A stretch of 64,000 bases of DNA from a candidate division WOR-3 bacterium (GCA_965648905.1 CBFGIT010000008.1:32001-96000), one strand, 5' to 3'. Counted from the first letter of the stretch, positions 28,302 through 39,489 are shown. Made by a program: numbers and translations. Notes: generated by a model not told the origin, from the letters alone.

Positions 28302-28607
28302 TCAGCTTGAGCTGCCGGTGCCGGTTGCGGCCTCGACTTTGTGCTTCATCGACGAAGGCTTGTCGCGCCGGTCGTCGACCTTCATCACCGTATAGATGCG
28401 CTTGCAGCCGAGACGCTCGTATTCGTCGTGAATTGAGCGGATTGCCTGAAGTACCGGTTCCCAGTCGCCCTGGATGCAGGTTCCCATCGAATTGACCTGG
28501 TACTCAAGGCCCGAGGCCCTGACTATCTCGACTGCCCGGCGCACAAACCGGCTGACTGATGTCTCGCCGGTGCCGGTGGGGACAACGCTGATTTCAAAGA
28601 TGGGCAT
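28302..28607 (-). CDS. MTH1187/YkoF-like thiamine-binding protein
   Basis: EISVVPTGTGETSVS..SMGT.IQG..KVDDRRDK. Confidence 0.85.
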   Translation of the reverse strand: MPIFEISVVPTGTGETSVSRFVRRAVEIVRASGLEYQVNSMGTCIQGDWEPVLQAIRSIHDEYERLGCKRIYTVMKVDDRRDKPSSMKHKVEAATGTGSSS

Positions 28608-28616
28608 CGGTCTTCC

Positions 28617-29135
28617 TCACATGAATCGCTCGAACCGGTCTTTCGAGACTTTGCAAATTGGGCATTTGTCCGGCGGCGCGTCTCGGGCACAGAGATAGCC
28701 GCAGACCTTACACCGCCAGACCGGCAAAGGCAGAGTGCGGGGAGCCTGAGTCTGTGCCGTTCCTTCCAGCCGTGAGAACCCTTCACGCATGTACTTCTCC
28801 GGCCGGCGTTCCGGGATTGACTTGTGCGGCTTGCGGCCGGCAATCCAGTCTTCGCTGACGTAGAGTGCGCAGTAGCACGCGCCAAACTCGGCCAAATCCG
28901 CATCCCGGTAGTCGCACGGACAGATGATATCCAGGTCTTTTTCCCGCGCGCCGAACGGCAGCCGGCACGGACATGCCCAGTAGCCGTGGCGCTGCTGGTT
29001 TTCAAGCAGACCCTGAATCAGACGCAGGGTGAACTCTTTGTCCGGGTTGAGCCGGTAACCGCCTGCCTCTGCCTCGCGCTTCAGCCGCTCGTAGACCTGA
29101 ACAACCTCAGCCGAAAACTGCTCAGACGCACTCAT
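28617..29135 (-). CDS. Ferredoxin-thioredoxin reductase catalytic domain fused to rubredoxin-like domain
   Basis: CPCR, ICPCDY, CYC motifs; C-term [12 protein letters not shown]. Confidence 0.88.
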   Translation of the reverse strand: MSASEQFSAEVVQVYERLKREAEAGGYRLNPDKEFTLRLIQGLLENQQRHGYWACPCRLPFGAREKDLDIICPCDYRDADLAEFGACYCALYVSEDWIAGRKPHKSIPERRPEKYMREGFSRLEGTAQTQAPRTLPLPVWRCKVCGYLCARDAPPDKCPICKVSKDRFERFM

Positions 29136-29413
29136 AGCTCAAGCAGTTCGCGGATCCGTTCCTCGTCAAACCCGGCCACAACCTGGTCGTCAATCTTGAT
29201 TGTTGGATACGAGCCGCGCGGGTTCAGCTCACGCACCCGACCGGCCATCTGCTGGCGCTCGTCCCCGGTGCACTGGTCAACGTAGATGTAGTCGTAGGCG
29301 ACGCTGTTCGAATCGAGCAGTTCTTTGGTCCGGCGGCACCAGCCGCAGGTTGACAGGGCATAGAGCATCACGCGGTGTTTGTTGTTTGTCCCGGACTGAT
29401 GAACTATCGGCAC
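29132..29413 (-). CDS. Glutaredoxin-like protein
   Basis: STCGWC active site, SYPT, GFD; AAGGAG before GTG 29413. Confidence 0.85.
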   Translation of the reverse strand: MPIVHQSGTNNKHRVMLYALSTCGWCRRTKELLDSNSVAYDYIYVDQCTGDERQQMAGRVRELNPRGSYPTIKIDDQVVAGFDEERIRELLEL

Positions 29414-29601
29414 AATTCTTCTCCTTCTGATTGGGGCTGGCTTTGACCGAAACACTCAGGGCAGTCTGTCTCGCCCTTGGGCAATGGCTTGCCGCAGATT
29501 GCGCAGGTGATGACTGCAACCTGGCAGGGGGTGCAGACTGAATCGTCCTCGCCCGGCAGTCCGTCGCAGTAGGGACAGCGGCATTCAGCGTTGGACTTCA
29601 C
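29404..29601 (-). CDS. Double zinc-ribbon small protein
   Basis: Four CxxC pairs in 65 aa; overlaps neighbours in operon. Confidence 0.6.
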   Translation of the reverse strand: MKSNAECRCPYCDGLPGEDDSVCTPCQVAVITCAICGKPLPKGETDCPECFGQSQPQSEGEELCR

Positions 29602-29975
29602 TTCGCCTCCTTGGCTTTGGCCCGGTAGTTTTCGATTGCCCGGTGCAGGGCATCTGCTCCAAGATTAGAGCAGTGGAGCTTATTGGGTGGCAGGCCGCCG
29701 AGCTCCTGGGCAACGTCGGCATTGGTTATCTTCATCGCCTCATCCAGGGTCTTGCCGATCGCCATCTCGCTAACCATCGAGGAGACCGCAATCGCCGCTC
29801 CGCACCCGAACGTCTTGAACTTCACGTCGGTGAGCACATTGTCTTTGACCGTGATGTAGAAGGTCATCATGTCACCGCAGACCGGGTTGCCGATTTCCCC
29901 GACTCCGTCTGCGTGCTCGATTTCGCCGACATTGCGCGGGTTGCGGAAATGCTCCATCACTTTCTCAGAATACAC
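29598..29975 (-). CDS. iscU: Fe-S cluster scaffold IscU/NifU
   Basis: YSEKVMEHF.NPRNVG, GNPVCGD, FGCGAAIA, LPPNKLHCS. Confidence 0.93.
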   Translation of the reverse strand: MYSEKVMEHFRNPRNVGEIEHADGVGEIGNPVCGDMMTFYITVKDNVLTDVKFKTFGCGAAIAVSSMVSEMAIGKTLDEAMKITNADVAQELGGLPPNKLHCSNLGADALHRAIENYRAKAKEAK

Positions 29976-31219
29976 TAGCTCTCCTCGCTTGTGTGCTCGT
30001 CTTCTTCACAGACCTCACCCGGCCTGGTCCGGTAAGGGTCTTCGCCCCGCTCGAACCGGGCATAGAGCGGCGACATCCGACGCAGCCGTTCAACAATCGG
30101 CGGCAGCTTTTCCAGGAAGTAGTCAACGTCGCTGTCGGTCGAATCCTTGCCCAAGGTCAGGACCAGCGAAGACTGGGCCAGAGCATGGGGCAGTCCCATT
30201 GCCAGGAGCACATGTGAAGCCTTCAGATTGCGGGCTGTGCAGGATGAACCCGAGGCGGCCCTAATGCCCTCGTCGTCGAGGAACAGAAGCATCGCCTCGC
30301 CCTCAACGAACTCAACGCACATGCTGACATGGCCGGGCAGGCGATGGTCAGGACAACCGGTCATGACTACGTGTTTCAGCCGCTCAGGCAGCTCGGTCCG
30401 GATGCGACGACTCAACCGGGCGAGAAGTCTTGACCATTCATCAACATGGTTGCGGCAGAACTCGGCCGCGACCCCGAACCCGGCAATCGCGGCCACATTC
30501 TCGGTCCCGGCCCGCCGGTTCCGCTCCTGGAACCCACCGTCAATGAGCGGCCGAATCGTCACCCCTTTGCGCAGATACAGGGCCGCCGCGCCGCGCGGCC
30601 CGTAGACCGACTGCGCGGCAAATGAGTAGGCATCAATCCCGAGCTCAGCAACGTCAACCGGAATCCGGCCGACCGCAGCACAGCCATCAGAGTGAAACAA
30701 TACCTTGTGCGCACAGCAGGTTCGGGTCAGCTCCATCAGATTCTGAATCGTGCCGACCTCGTTGTTGGCGTGCATGACCGAAATCAGCACTGTGTCGGGT
30801 CGAACCGCGGCCTTAAGCTGGTCAGGTTGCACCGAACCGTTCCGGTCTACCGGCACTTCGGTTACCTCAAATCCCAGTCGTCTGAGCGCGCGCGCCGGCT
30901 CCATGACAGACGCGTGTTCGATGGCCGAAACGACGATGTGCTTTCCCTTATCCATCCGGGCCAGGGCAAGGCCTTTGACCGCAAGGTTGTTGCTTTCGGA
31001 GCCGGACGCAGTGAAGACGATTTCCTCGGGCCGGGCATTGACAAGGGCCGCAACCTGGGCTCGTGCGGTCTCAAGAGCCTGCCTCGGCCGCTCGCCGCCC
31101 CGGTGCAGACTTGAAGGGTTGCCGTACTCTTCGGTGAGAAACTCCTGCATTGCCTCCCTTGCCTGCTCAAGTACCGGTGCTGCTGCCGCGTGGTCAAAGT
31201 TGATGTCGGGCATACTCAT
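29975..31219 (-). CDS. iscS: Cysteine desulfurase family protein
   Basis: YGNPSSLH, HANNEVG, RAGTEN, ASGSSCT; PLP-lysine site reads FAAQSVYGP. Confidence 0.85.
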   Translation of the reverse strand: MSMPDINFDHAAAAPVLEQAREAMQEFLTEEYGNPSSLHRGGERPRQALETARAQVAALVNARPEEIVFTASGSESNNLAVKGLALARMDKGKHIVVSAIEHASVMEPARALRRLGFEVTEVPVDRNGSVQPDQLKAAVRPDTVLISVMHANNEVGTIQNLMELTRTCCAHKVLFHSDGCAAVGRIPVDVAELGIDAYSFAAQSVYGPRGAAALYLRKGVTIRPLIDGGFQERNRRAGTENVAAIAGFGVAAEFCRNHVDEWSRLLARLSRRIRTELPERLKHVVMTGCPDHRLPGHVSMCVEFVEGEAMLLFLDDEGIRAASGSSCTARNLKASHVLLAMGLPHALAQSSLVLTLGKDSTDSDVDYFLEKLPPIVERLRRMSPLYARFERGEDPYRTRPGEVCEEDEHTSEES

Positions 31220-31259
31220 ATAGACGAACTGCGGGTCGGTTTCGGTTCGAAGCGCCTAG

Positions 31260-31352
31260 AGTCTAGTATGCCGCAAGCAGTTGTCAAACGAACATCACGC
31301 CCGAAACAGGGACGACAACACCGGTTGACAGCACTGACTTGCCCGGTATGAT
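31260..31352. promoter_or_regulatory. Divergent promoters iscS / thrS
   Basis: Minus TTGACA-16-TAGACT (31287-31260); plus TTGACA-16-TATGAT (31325-31352), 6 nt before GTG. Confidence 0.65.
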
Positions 31353-31358
31353 TGCACC

Positions 31359-33263
31359 GTGATTCGCGTTACCGTCAACGGTGCGACCCGAGAAGTCGAA
31401 CCGGGCACAACTGTTGCTGAAGTGCTTGCCGACCCAACTGCCCTGGCGGCTCGAGTCGACGGCCGGCTTATCGACCTGTCGTCGCCGCTTGAAGCCGACG
31501 CCGTGGTCGAGCCGGTCAGGTTCGACTCTGAGCCAGGCCGGGACGTATTCTGGCATTCAGCCTCGCACCTGTTGGCCCAGGCGGTCAAGCAGCTCTATCC
31601 CCAGGCCAAAGTAACCATCGGGCCGGCTGTGCCTGAGGGTTTCTACTACGACTTTGACGTGGACCCGCCGTTCACCGAGGCGGACCTGGAGAAGATTGAA
31701 ACCCGGATGCGGGAGCTGGCTGCGCAGAAGATACCGGTGGTGCACAAGTGGCTTGCGCGCGACCAGGCCCTGAAGCTCTTTGCCGAGCGGGGCGAAACCT
31801 ACAAGAACGAAATCATCAGCGAGCTGCCCGACGAGCAGATTTCGGTCTACGAGCAGGGCGACTTCGTCGACCTGTGCCGCGGGCCGCACGTGCCCAGCAC
31901 CGGATACCTGAAGGCGGTCAAGCTGCTGAGCGTGGCCGGTGCCTACTGGCGCGCCGACGAGAAGAACCGGATGCTGTCGCGGGTCTACGGCGTGGCCTTC
32001 CCGACGCGCGAGCAGCTCAAAGAACATTTGGCCATGCTTGAGGAGGCCAAACGACGCGACCACCGCAAGCTCGGTCCGGCCCTGGACCTCTACAGCTTCC
32101 ATGAAGAAGCCGGCGCCGGCCTTGTTTTCTGGCATCCCAAGGGCGCGACGGTTCGGCGGATGATTCAGCAGTACTGGGAGCAGGAGCATCTCGCTGCCGG
32201 TTACCAGCTCGTGCTGACGCCGCACATCGCGCGCGCCGGATTGTGGCAGACCTCTGGCCACCTCGACTACTACAGCGAGAACATGTACCTGATGGACGTG
32301 GAACAGGAGCAGTACGTCCTGAAGCCGATGAACTGCCCGGGCCACATGCTTATCTACCGGACCAGAGTGCATTCGTATCGCGACCTGCCTCTGCGGATGG
32401 GCGAATGGGGCACGGTCTACCGCCGGGAACGGTCCGGCGTGCTGCACGGCATGATGCGGGTACGCGGTTTTACCCAGGACGACGCCCATATCTTCTGCAC
32501 GCCCGAACAGGTCGAGGACGAGGCGTTCGGCGTGGTCAGCCTCTCGGTGAAGATGCTGCGGGCATTCGGGTTCGAGAAGTTCAAGGTTGACCTGTCGGTG
32601 CGCGACCCCCGACACCGGGAAAAGTACCTGGGCACGGACGAGCAATGGCAACTGGCCGAGCAGGCCCTGGTACGTGCGCTCGAACGCACCGGTCTCCCCT
32701 ATCGGCGGGCTGAAGGTGAGGCGGTCTTCTACGGGCCGAAGATTGACATCAAGCTGCTCGACTCGCTCGGCCGGGAATGGCAGTGTCCGACCTGCCAGTT
32801 CGACTTCAACGAAGGGGTACGGTTCGACCTGTACTATATGGGCCAGGACGGCCAGCACCATCCGGTCTATCTTGTCCACCGTACCGTGCTCGGCGGCATC
32901 GAGCGGTTCATGGGCATTCTCGTCGAGCACTACGCCGGCGCGTTCCCGGCCTGGCTGGCGCCGGTCCAGGTGCGGGTAATGTCGGTGACCGACGCTGAGG
33001 CGGCCTATGCCGCAGCCACTGCCGACCGGCTTCAGGCTGAGGGCGTCAGGGTTGAAACCGACTTAAGAAGTGATAAAATTAGCCACAAAATCAGTGAAGC
33101 CGAACGTCAGAAAATCCCGTTCATGTTCGTGGTAGGCGGACGCGAAGCACAGTCCGGTGCGGTCGCGCTCCGGCGCCACGGCCGGGGTAATCTCGGCGCA
33201 CTGCCTTTTGCCGCCGCTTTAGCCCAAGTCAAGGAGGAGATCAACGCACCCGGGTCAGAGTAG
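31359..33263 (+). CDS. thrS: Threonine--tRNA ligase
   Basis: HSASHLLAQA, DLCRGPH, RDHRKLG, KPMNCPGH, FYGPKID. Confidence 0.97.
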   Translation: MIRVTVNGATREVEPGTTVAEVLADPTALAARVDGRLIDLSSPLEADAVVEPVRFDSEPGRDVFWHSASHLLAQAVKQLYPQAKVTIGPAVPEGFYYDFDVDPPFTEADLEKIETRMRELAAQKIPVVHKWLARDQALKLFAERGETYKNEIISELPDEQISVYEQGDFVDLCRGPHVPSTGYLKAVKLLSVAGAYWRADEKNRMLSRVYGVAFPTREQLKEHLAMLEEAKRRDHRKLGPALDLYSFHEEAGAGLVFWHPKGATVRRMIQQYWEQEHLAAGYQLVLTPHIARAGLWQTSGHLDYYSENMYLMDVEQEQYVLKPMNCPGHMLIYRTRVHSYRDLPLRMGEWGTVYRRERSGVLHGMMRVRGFTQDDAHIFCTPEQVEDEAFGVVSLSVKMLRAFGFEKFKVDLSVRDPRHREKYLGTDEQWQLAEQALVRALERTGLPYRRAEGEAVFYGPKIDIKLLDSLGREWQCPTCQFDFNEGVRFDLYYMGQDGQHHPVYLVHRTVLGGIERFMGILVEHYAGAFPAWLAPVQVRVMSVTDAEAAYAAATADRLQAEGVRVETDLRSDKISHKISEAERQKIPFMFVVGGREAQSGAVALRRHGRGNLGALPFAAALAQVKEEINAPGSE

Positions 33264-33798
33264 TCGAGTACCAAGAGAAGGTTTCAAGGACCGCCCCAAA
33301 GTCAATGACCAGATACGAGTACCCTATGTCCGCGTCATCGGCACCGACAAGAAGCCGATCGGCATTCTGCCGACCCGCGACGCCCTGGGTCTGGCCCGAC
33401 GCCAGGACCTCGACCTGGTCATGCTTGCGCCGAACGAAGACCCGCCGGTGTGCGGCATCATGGACTTCGGCAAGTACCTCTACGAACAGAAGACCAGGCA
33501 GCGCGAGTCGAAGAAGAAGCAGCACCAGACCGAGGTCCGGGAAATGCGGATGAAGATGAAAATCGGACCGGGCGACTACGAGGTCAAGCTGCGCAAGATG
33601 CGCGAGTTCCTGGCCGAAAAGGATCGGATTCGCGTCACCCTCTGGCTGCGCGGCCGCGAAGTCGTCCACGCCGATCTGGGCATGAAGCTGATGGAGAAGA
33701 TTGCCGCTGACCTCTCTGACATCGCCCGGCTGGAGGGGCAGGCCCGACAGACAACCGAAGGCAGGAAATCAATCCAGATGATGTTGGTACCAAGATGA
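33244..33798 (+). CDS. infC: Translation initiation factor IF-3 (non-canonical start, probably ACG)
   Basis: VNDQIRVPYVRVIG upstream of first ATG; LDLV, PPVC.IMDFGKY; AAGGAGG at 33231-33237. Confidence 0.9.
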   Translation, partial: THPGQSSRVPREGFKDRPKVNDQIRVPYVRVIGTDKKPIGILPTRDALGLARRQDLDLVMLAPNEDPPVCGIMDFGKYLYEQKTRQRESKKKQHQTEVREMRMKMKIGPGDYEVKLRKMREFLAEKDRIRVTLWLRGREVVHADLGMKLMEKIAADLSDIARLEGQARQTTEGRKSIQMMLVPR

Positions 33799-33989
33799 AA
33801 CAACGTTCACTCAGTTCTCTGAAGAAGCGCATCAAGCGTTCTGCCCGCGGCAAGTTCGTTCACCGCCGCAGCGGCACGAGCCACAATAACGCCAGCAAGT
33901 CGAAACGCCGCAAGCGGGTCCTGCACTCGCCGACCGTGCTTGAGGGAACCCTGGCGAAACGGGTAGCGACGCTCGTGCCCTACAAGTAG
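33795..33989 (+). CDS. rpmI: 50S ribosomal protein L35
   Basis: Basic 64 aa, KKRIK...GKF...H...K, between infC and rplT. Confidence 0.85.
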   Translation: MKQRSLSSLKKRIKRSARGKFVHRRSGTSHNNASKSKRRKRVLHSPTVLEGTLAKRVATLVPYK

Positions 33990-34002
33990 TCACGGAGGAA
34001 CC

Positions 34003-34374
34003 ATGCCCAGAGTAACAACCGGTCCCTATACCAGACAACGTCGCAAGAAGTGGCTCCGTCAGGCCAAAGGCTACTGGGGCGGGAAGTCGCGGCTCTACAA
34101 GACCGCCCGACAGCAGGTGATGCACGGCCTCATCTCCTCTTACAAGGAGCGCCGCCGCAAGAAGCGCGTCTTCCGCGGCCTGATGATTACCCGGATAAAT
34201 GCCGCGCTCCGGCTGCACGACTTGAGCTACAGCCGGTTCATCTGGGGACTGAAGCAGGCGGGCATTGAACTCGACCGGAGCGTTCTTTCGGAGCTCGCGA
34301 TCCGCTCGCCCGACGACTTCGCCCGACTGGTCGAACAGGTTCGCTCCTTTCTGAACACGGCCCAGTCGGCCTAG
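34003..34374 (+). CDS. rplT: 50S ribosomal protein L20
   Basis: MPRV, AKGYWG.KS, RINAA, SYSRFI. Confidence 0.95.
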   Translation: MPRVTTGPYTRQRRKKWLRQAKGYWGGKSRLYKTARQQVMHGLISSYKERRRKKRVFRGLMITRINAALRLHDLSYSRFIWGLKQAGIELDRSVLSELAIRSPDDFARLVEQVRSFLNTAQSA

Positions 34375-34420
34375 CCGACTTCGATTTCGCCGGGGCGCCT
34401 CCGCCCTCGCTCGCCCGCTC

Positions 34421-36000
<1,580 letters not shown>

Positions 36001-36018
36001 AACTGCTGCCGAACTCCC

Positions 36019-38883
36019 CTACCTTACCAGCACGAACCGGGCAACGTGGCGATGGAAGGTGGTGTGGAGGACCGCGGCGTACAGGCCGGCCGCAACCGGT
36101 TTGCCGGCCTGATTCCTGCCGTCCCAGAACGCGCCCGCTGCTTCAAGCGTGGCCTTGTCGCCCGACGCACCGTACCGACCCGGCCGCGACAGCACTGCTC
36201 CGTTCAGGACCGACTCATACACCATCACACCGGATGACGAGTAGACCCTGAGCTTGGCATCGGTAACCGGACGGGTCAGATTGATTGGAAAGTAGACCCG
36301 GTTGTGCTCAGTCGGGACAAAAGGATTCGGGAAGATCGTGCCGATGCCGTCACCGACGATATCAGGAGTCTCTGGCCCAGGCGGATAAAGCCGGTACACC
36401 GAATCGACCCTGGGCACGCCGTAACCGAAGGTGCAGCTCTTCACCGAACGCGTGGCAGTCGCGAAGAGCACGGCTTTCACCGACTCGGCACTCCACTGTG
36501 GTCGTACTTCTTTCACCAGCGCACACACGCCGGCCACCAGAGCGGTCGCACAAGAAGTACCGACCGCGCCGTCCAGCCAGTCGAGCGAATCCGGAGCGAC
36601 CACTGCCACTGTGTCGCACAGCGCCACCAGGTCAGGCTTAGTGCGGCCGTCCGCCGTTGGTCCGGTTCCGGTGTGGCGCCACGGAGTCAGGTTTTTCTGG
36701 ACTCCGCCGACCGTGATAACATTCTCAGCATCGCCCGGTGTGACGATGTAGGGCCCGGGCCAGGGGTTGACCGTCGTATCCCGGTTGCCCATGGCCGTGA
36801 CCACGACCACGCCGCGGCGGGCAGCAAGGTCGGCGGCAATTGAGACCAGCGCGGTCTTGCCGTCGAGCTGGCTCGGTGAGTACCAGCCGCGATAACCGAG
36901 CGAAGACGAGACGATATCAGCACCGATGCGCTCGGCCCACTCCAGCGCCTCAATATAGGTATCTTCTTCCATGTTGTACTCGTAGAAACGGTTGGAGCGA
37001 ACCTTGTACAGCTCGGTCTTGGCAACAATCAGGTCAACACCAGGTGCAATACCGACCAGCCCGCCCTGCTGCCAGCCGGCAATGATTGACGCCATGCGTG
37101 TACCGTGGTCCGGCTGCTGAGGTGAGAACTTGGCCGTATCTGAATCTTCCCAGACCGTGTTGTCGTCTCCGCGCTTGAACCAGACCGCCAGTTCACTCTG
37201 ACCCGTCCCGACCAGTGCCGGCATGTAGCAGAACCCGGCAGTGTCGAGTGGCCCGGTCCTGCTCCAGGATACTCCGTCGTCAGTTGACTGCGCACGGTAG
37301 AGCAATCCGCCGGTCTCATAGAGTACCGAAAGCCGGCCCGCCTGGTCCTGCCTGGGACTGAAACTGCCGACCGACAGCGTGCTCTCAGCCACAAGACCGG
37401 CCTGAGCCCAGTTCTGCCCCCGGTCGCGCGATACCAGCAGGGCAAGACGCACCAGGCCGTTTTCCGATTCATTCTTGTAGTAAAGAGACAGGTTGTCACC
37501 ATTCTGCGTTAGGCGGCAGGCTCGCGCCCCAACAGCGGCCAGCTCACGACCGGGTCCAAAACTCACGCCGCCGTCGGTCGAACTGAACTGCAGTAGCCGA
37601 CCGGACTTGTACCCGTTGGCAACGATGTCAATGCTGCCGCCCGGTCCGACCGCGACCTGAGGGTATGCCACCGGCTCGCCAGCACTGAACACATTCGCCA
37701 GCAGCGGCTCGGGCGCGGGCATGACAATCGATGCTTTCCAGAGCACCAGCAGCGATTCAGCCCGGACCGCTGTGACATAGAGCGTGTCCCCGGCAACCGC
37801 GATGCCGGGAAAGCGTCCTGAACCCAGGTACATGCTCGTCCCATACCAGTCTGTGCCGATGTACCAACCGAGATAGACATTAGCACTGGCATCGGCTCCG
37901 GCCGGGGCCAGCTCGTCATAGACAAGGTAGGAAGTGAACCGGTTCGTCGCAAAGTTGAGATTCTCACAGGTGTTGTCGAACGGCCTGGACCGGACAATCG
38001 GGGTCGGGTCTGACCAGGTTCGGCCGGCATCAGTGGTGTGGCAGGTGAAGATGACCCGGACCGGCGGGTTGTAGCCATAGGCGAAGCTGTCGGCAACAAA
38101 GGCCAGTAGACAGGTATCGATTGAGCCGTTGACCGTGGTGAGTGCCGGGTCGCGCACCAGACCTAAGTAGCGCAGGTTGTCAATCTGCCCGGGCTGCCAG
38201 TTGTCGGAACGGGCCGAGAAGAAGTTGTCGCCCGACAGGAAGTCGTGCTGCTTGTGGATGCGCAGTCGGGCGACCGCCCGGTTGCGCAGCTTAAGACCGG
38301 TATCAAACAGGGCAAGCTTGACGTTCGCGCCCGAGAAACCGCGGAACGCGACCTCAGGCACACCCATCATCTGCGCCTGGTCAAAGGACGAGCCGTAGAA
38401 CCGTCGGTATTCCGCGGTGTCGGCCCGGCGCGAATCGAGCGGTTCGAACCGGGCAAGAGGGAACGTCGGGACGCCGTCGGCCGCATGGACCCCCACCGCC
38501 TTGACGTCGTAGACGAACGGCAGCGCGTAGACCGCCGGGACAACTGAGGCCGGCAGGATGAAGCTCGCCGCATTGAGCCAGTTCGACACTGTCCGCCGAC
38601 GACCGCCCAGGGCCTCAATTGCACGGACATACTGCTCGCGCACCGGCAGGTCGTCGAAGTCGAATCCGCCAATCAACTCACGACCACGGCGCGCCGCCAC
38701 ATCCGGCGCGGCCTGAGCCGCAACTGCACTCCGTGCCCGAAGGTAGTCAGCTTCGCTGAACACGCCCTTGTCCGTGAAGAAGACCCAGACGTGGTTGGTC
38801 CGAAGCACCGGGACCTGGGTCTTGTCCGGCACGCGCACCAGGCTTGTGCCGAGAAGCAGCAGGAAAACAATTGCCGGGTTCAT
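36019..38883 (-). CDS. Secreted S8 peptidase with inserted BNR/sialidase-like propeller and FlgD-like tail
   Basis: FDTG, HGT, GTSCATA; Asp-box repeats TTDAGRTW, STDGGVSF, SRDRGQNW, STDDGVSW; WDGRN.AG..V. Confidence 0.82.
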   Translation of the reverse strand: MNPAIVFLLLLGTSLVRVPDKTQVPVLRTNHVWVFFTDKGVFSEADYLRARSAVAAQAAPDVAARRGRELIGGFDFDDLPVREQYVRAIEALGGRRRTVSNWLNAASFILPASVVPAVYALPFVYDVKAVGVHAADGVPTFPLARFEPLDSRRADTAEYRRFYGSSFDQAQMMGVPEVAFRGFSGANVKLALFDTGLKLRNRAVARLRIHKQHDFLSGDNFFSARSDNWQPGQIDNLRYLGLVRDPALTTVNGSIDTCLLAFVADSFAYGYNPPVRVIFTCHTTDAGRTWSDPTPIVRSRPFDNTCENLNFATNRFTSYLVYDELAPAGADASANVYLGWYIGTDWYGTSMYLGSGRFPGIAVAGDTLYVTAVRAESLLVLWKASIVMPAPEPLLANVFSAGEPVAYPQVAVGPGGSIDIVANGYKSGRLLQFSSTDGGVSFGPGRELAAVGARACRLTQNGDNLSLYYKNESENGLVRLALLVSRDRGQNWAQAGLVAESTLSVGSFSPRQDQAGRLSVLYETGGLLYRAQSTDDGVSWSRTGPLDTAGFCYMPALVGTGQSELAVWFKRGDDNTVWEDSDTAKFSPQQPDHGTRMASIIAGWQQGGLVGIAPGVDLIVAKTELYKVRSNRFYEYNMEEDTYIEALEWAERIGADIVSSSLGYRGWYSPSQLDGKTALVSIAADLAARRGVVVVTAMGNRDTTVNPWPGPYIVTPGDAENVITVGGVQKNLTPWRHTGTGPTADGRTKPDLVALCDTVAVVAPDSLDWLDGAVGTSCATALVAGVCALVKEVRPQWSAESVKAVLFATATRSVKSCTFGYGVPRVDSVYRLYPPGPETPDIVGDGIGTIFPNPFVPTEHNRVYFPINLTRPVTDAKLRVYSSSGVMVYESVLNGAVLSRPGRYGASGDKATLEAAGAFWDGRNQAGKPVAAGLYAAVLHTTFHRHVARFVLVR

Positions 38884-38885
38884 CG

Positions 38886-39197
38886 TCAGTCCCCGGACAG
38901 GAATCCGCCGAGCGTGCCGGCCAGACCCAGAACCAGGATGCCGCCCAGTACGACCACGACCAGCACGGTGTTGGTAATGCCGAGAATCAAGCAGGTGCGG
39001 CCGACCCGCTTTGACTGGTCCGACACGCTGCCGGTAAGCAGCAGGATGCCGTAGAACAGACCGACCAGCGGATAGAGCAGCGAGAACACATAAAGCCAGG
39101 TAACCTGGGTGAGATAAAGGATATCAATCAGGGCGTGCCAGCGGTCGAGTTGACGCGGCTGAAGTTGCTGAGTCTCGGTCGGTTCAGCGGTTGTCAT
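38886..39197 (-). CDS. Small membrane protein
   Basis: Two to three hydrophobic helices; GGGAGG before ATG 39197. Confidence 0.6.
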   Translation of the reverse strand: MTTAEPTETQQLQPRQLDRWHALIDILYLTQVTWLYVFSLLYPLVGLFYGILLLTGSVSDQSKRVGRTCLILGITNTVLVVVVLGGILVLGLAGTLGGFLSGD

Positions 39198-39227
39198 GGG
39201 CCTCCCTTGACCAGGCAGAAAAGAAAG

Positions 39228-39301
39228 TACCCCGCGCCAGAATTGAACTGGCAACCCACGGATTAAGAATCCGTTGCTCTACCAAGTTGAGCTAGCGGGG
39301 C
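39228..39301 (-). tRNA. tRNA-Lys(CTT)
   Basis: Cloverleaf GCCCCGC/GCGGGGT, anticodon loop TT-CTT-AA, TTCAA T-loop. Confidence 0.92.
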
Positions 39302-39321
39302 ACAAGTGCAGTACCACGCGA

Positions 39322-39395
39322 CGCGCCCGGCGCGACTCGAACGCGCAACCTGCGGGTTCGAAGCCCGACGCTCTGTCCAGTTGAGCTACGGGCGC
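39322..39395 (-). tRNA. tRNA-Arg(TCG)
   Basis: GCGCCCG/CGGGCGC stem, loop CT-TCG-AA, GTTCGAGT. Confidence 0.92.
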
Positions 39396-39489
39396 TGCTA
39401 GAGACGCCTCCGGCCGGTCGCCGGACGTGAAGTGTAACGAAATCCGGCCAGGATGCAACCATCGCCGGCGCTGACGAACACAACACGAG

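Noticed and set aside
31290..31358. T-box or translational operator upstream of thrS
   Set aside because: The -10 box is 6 nt from the start codon, leaving no leader
39396..39489. Structured spacer between tRNA-His and tRNA-Arg as possible tRNA-Sec
   Set aside because: No CTTCAAA anticodon arm or TTCG T-loop; only a GCCGGA/TCCGGC hairpin
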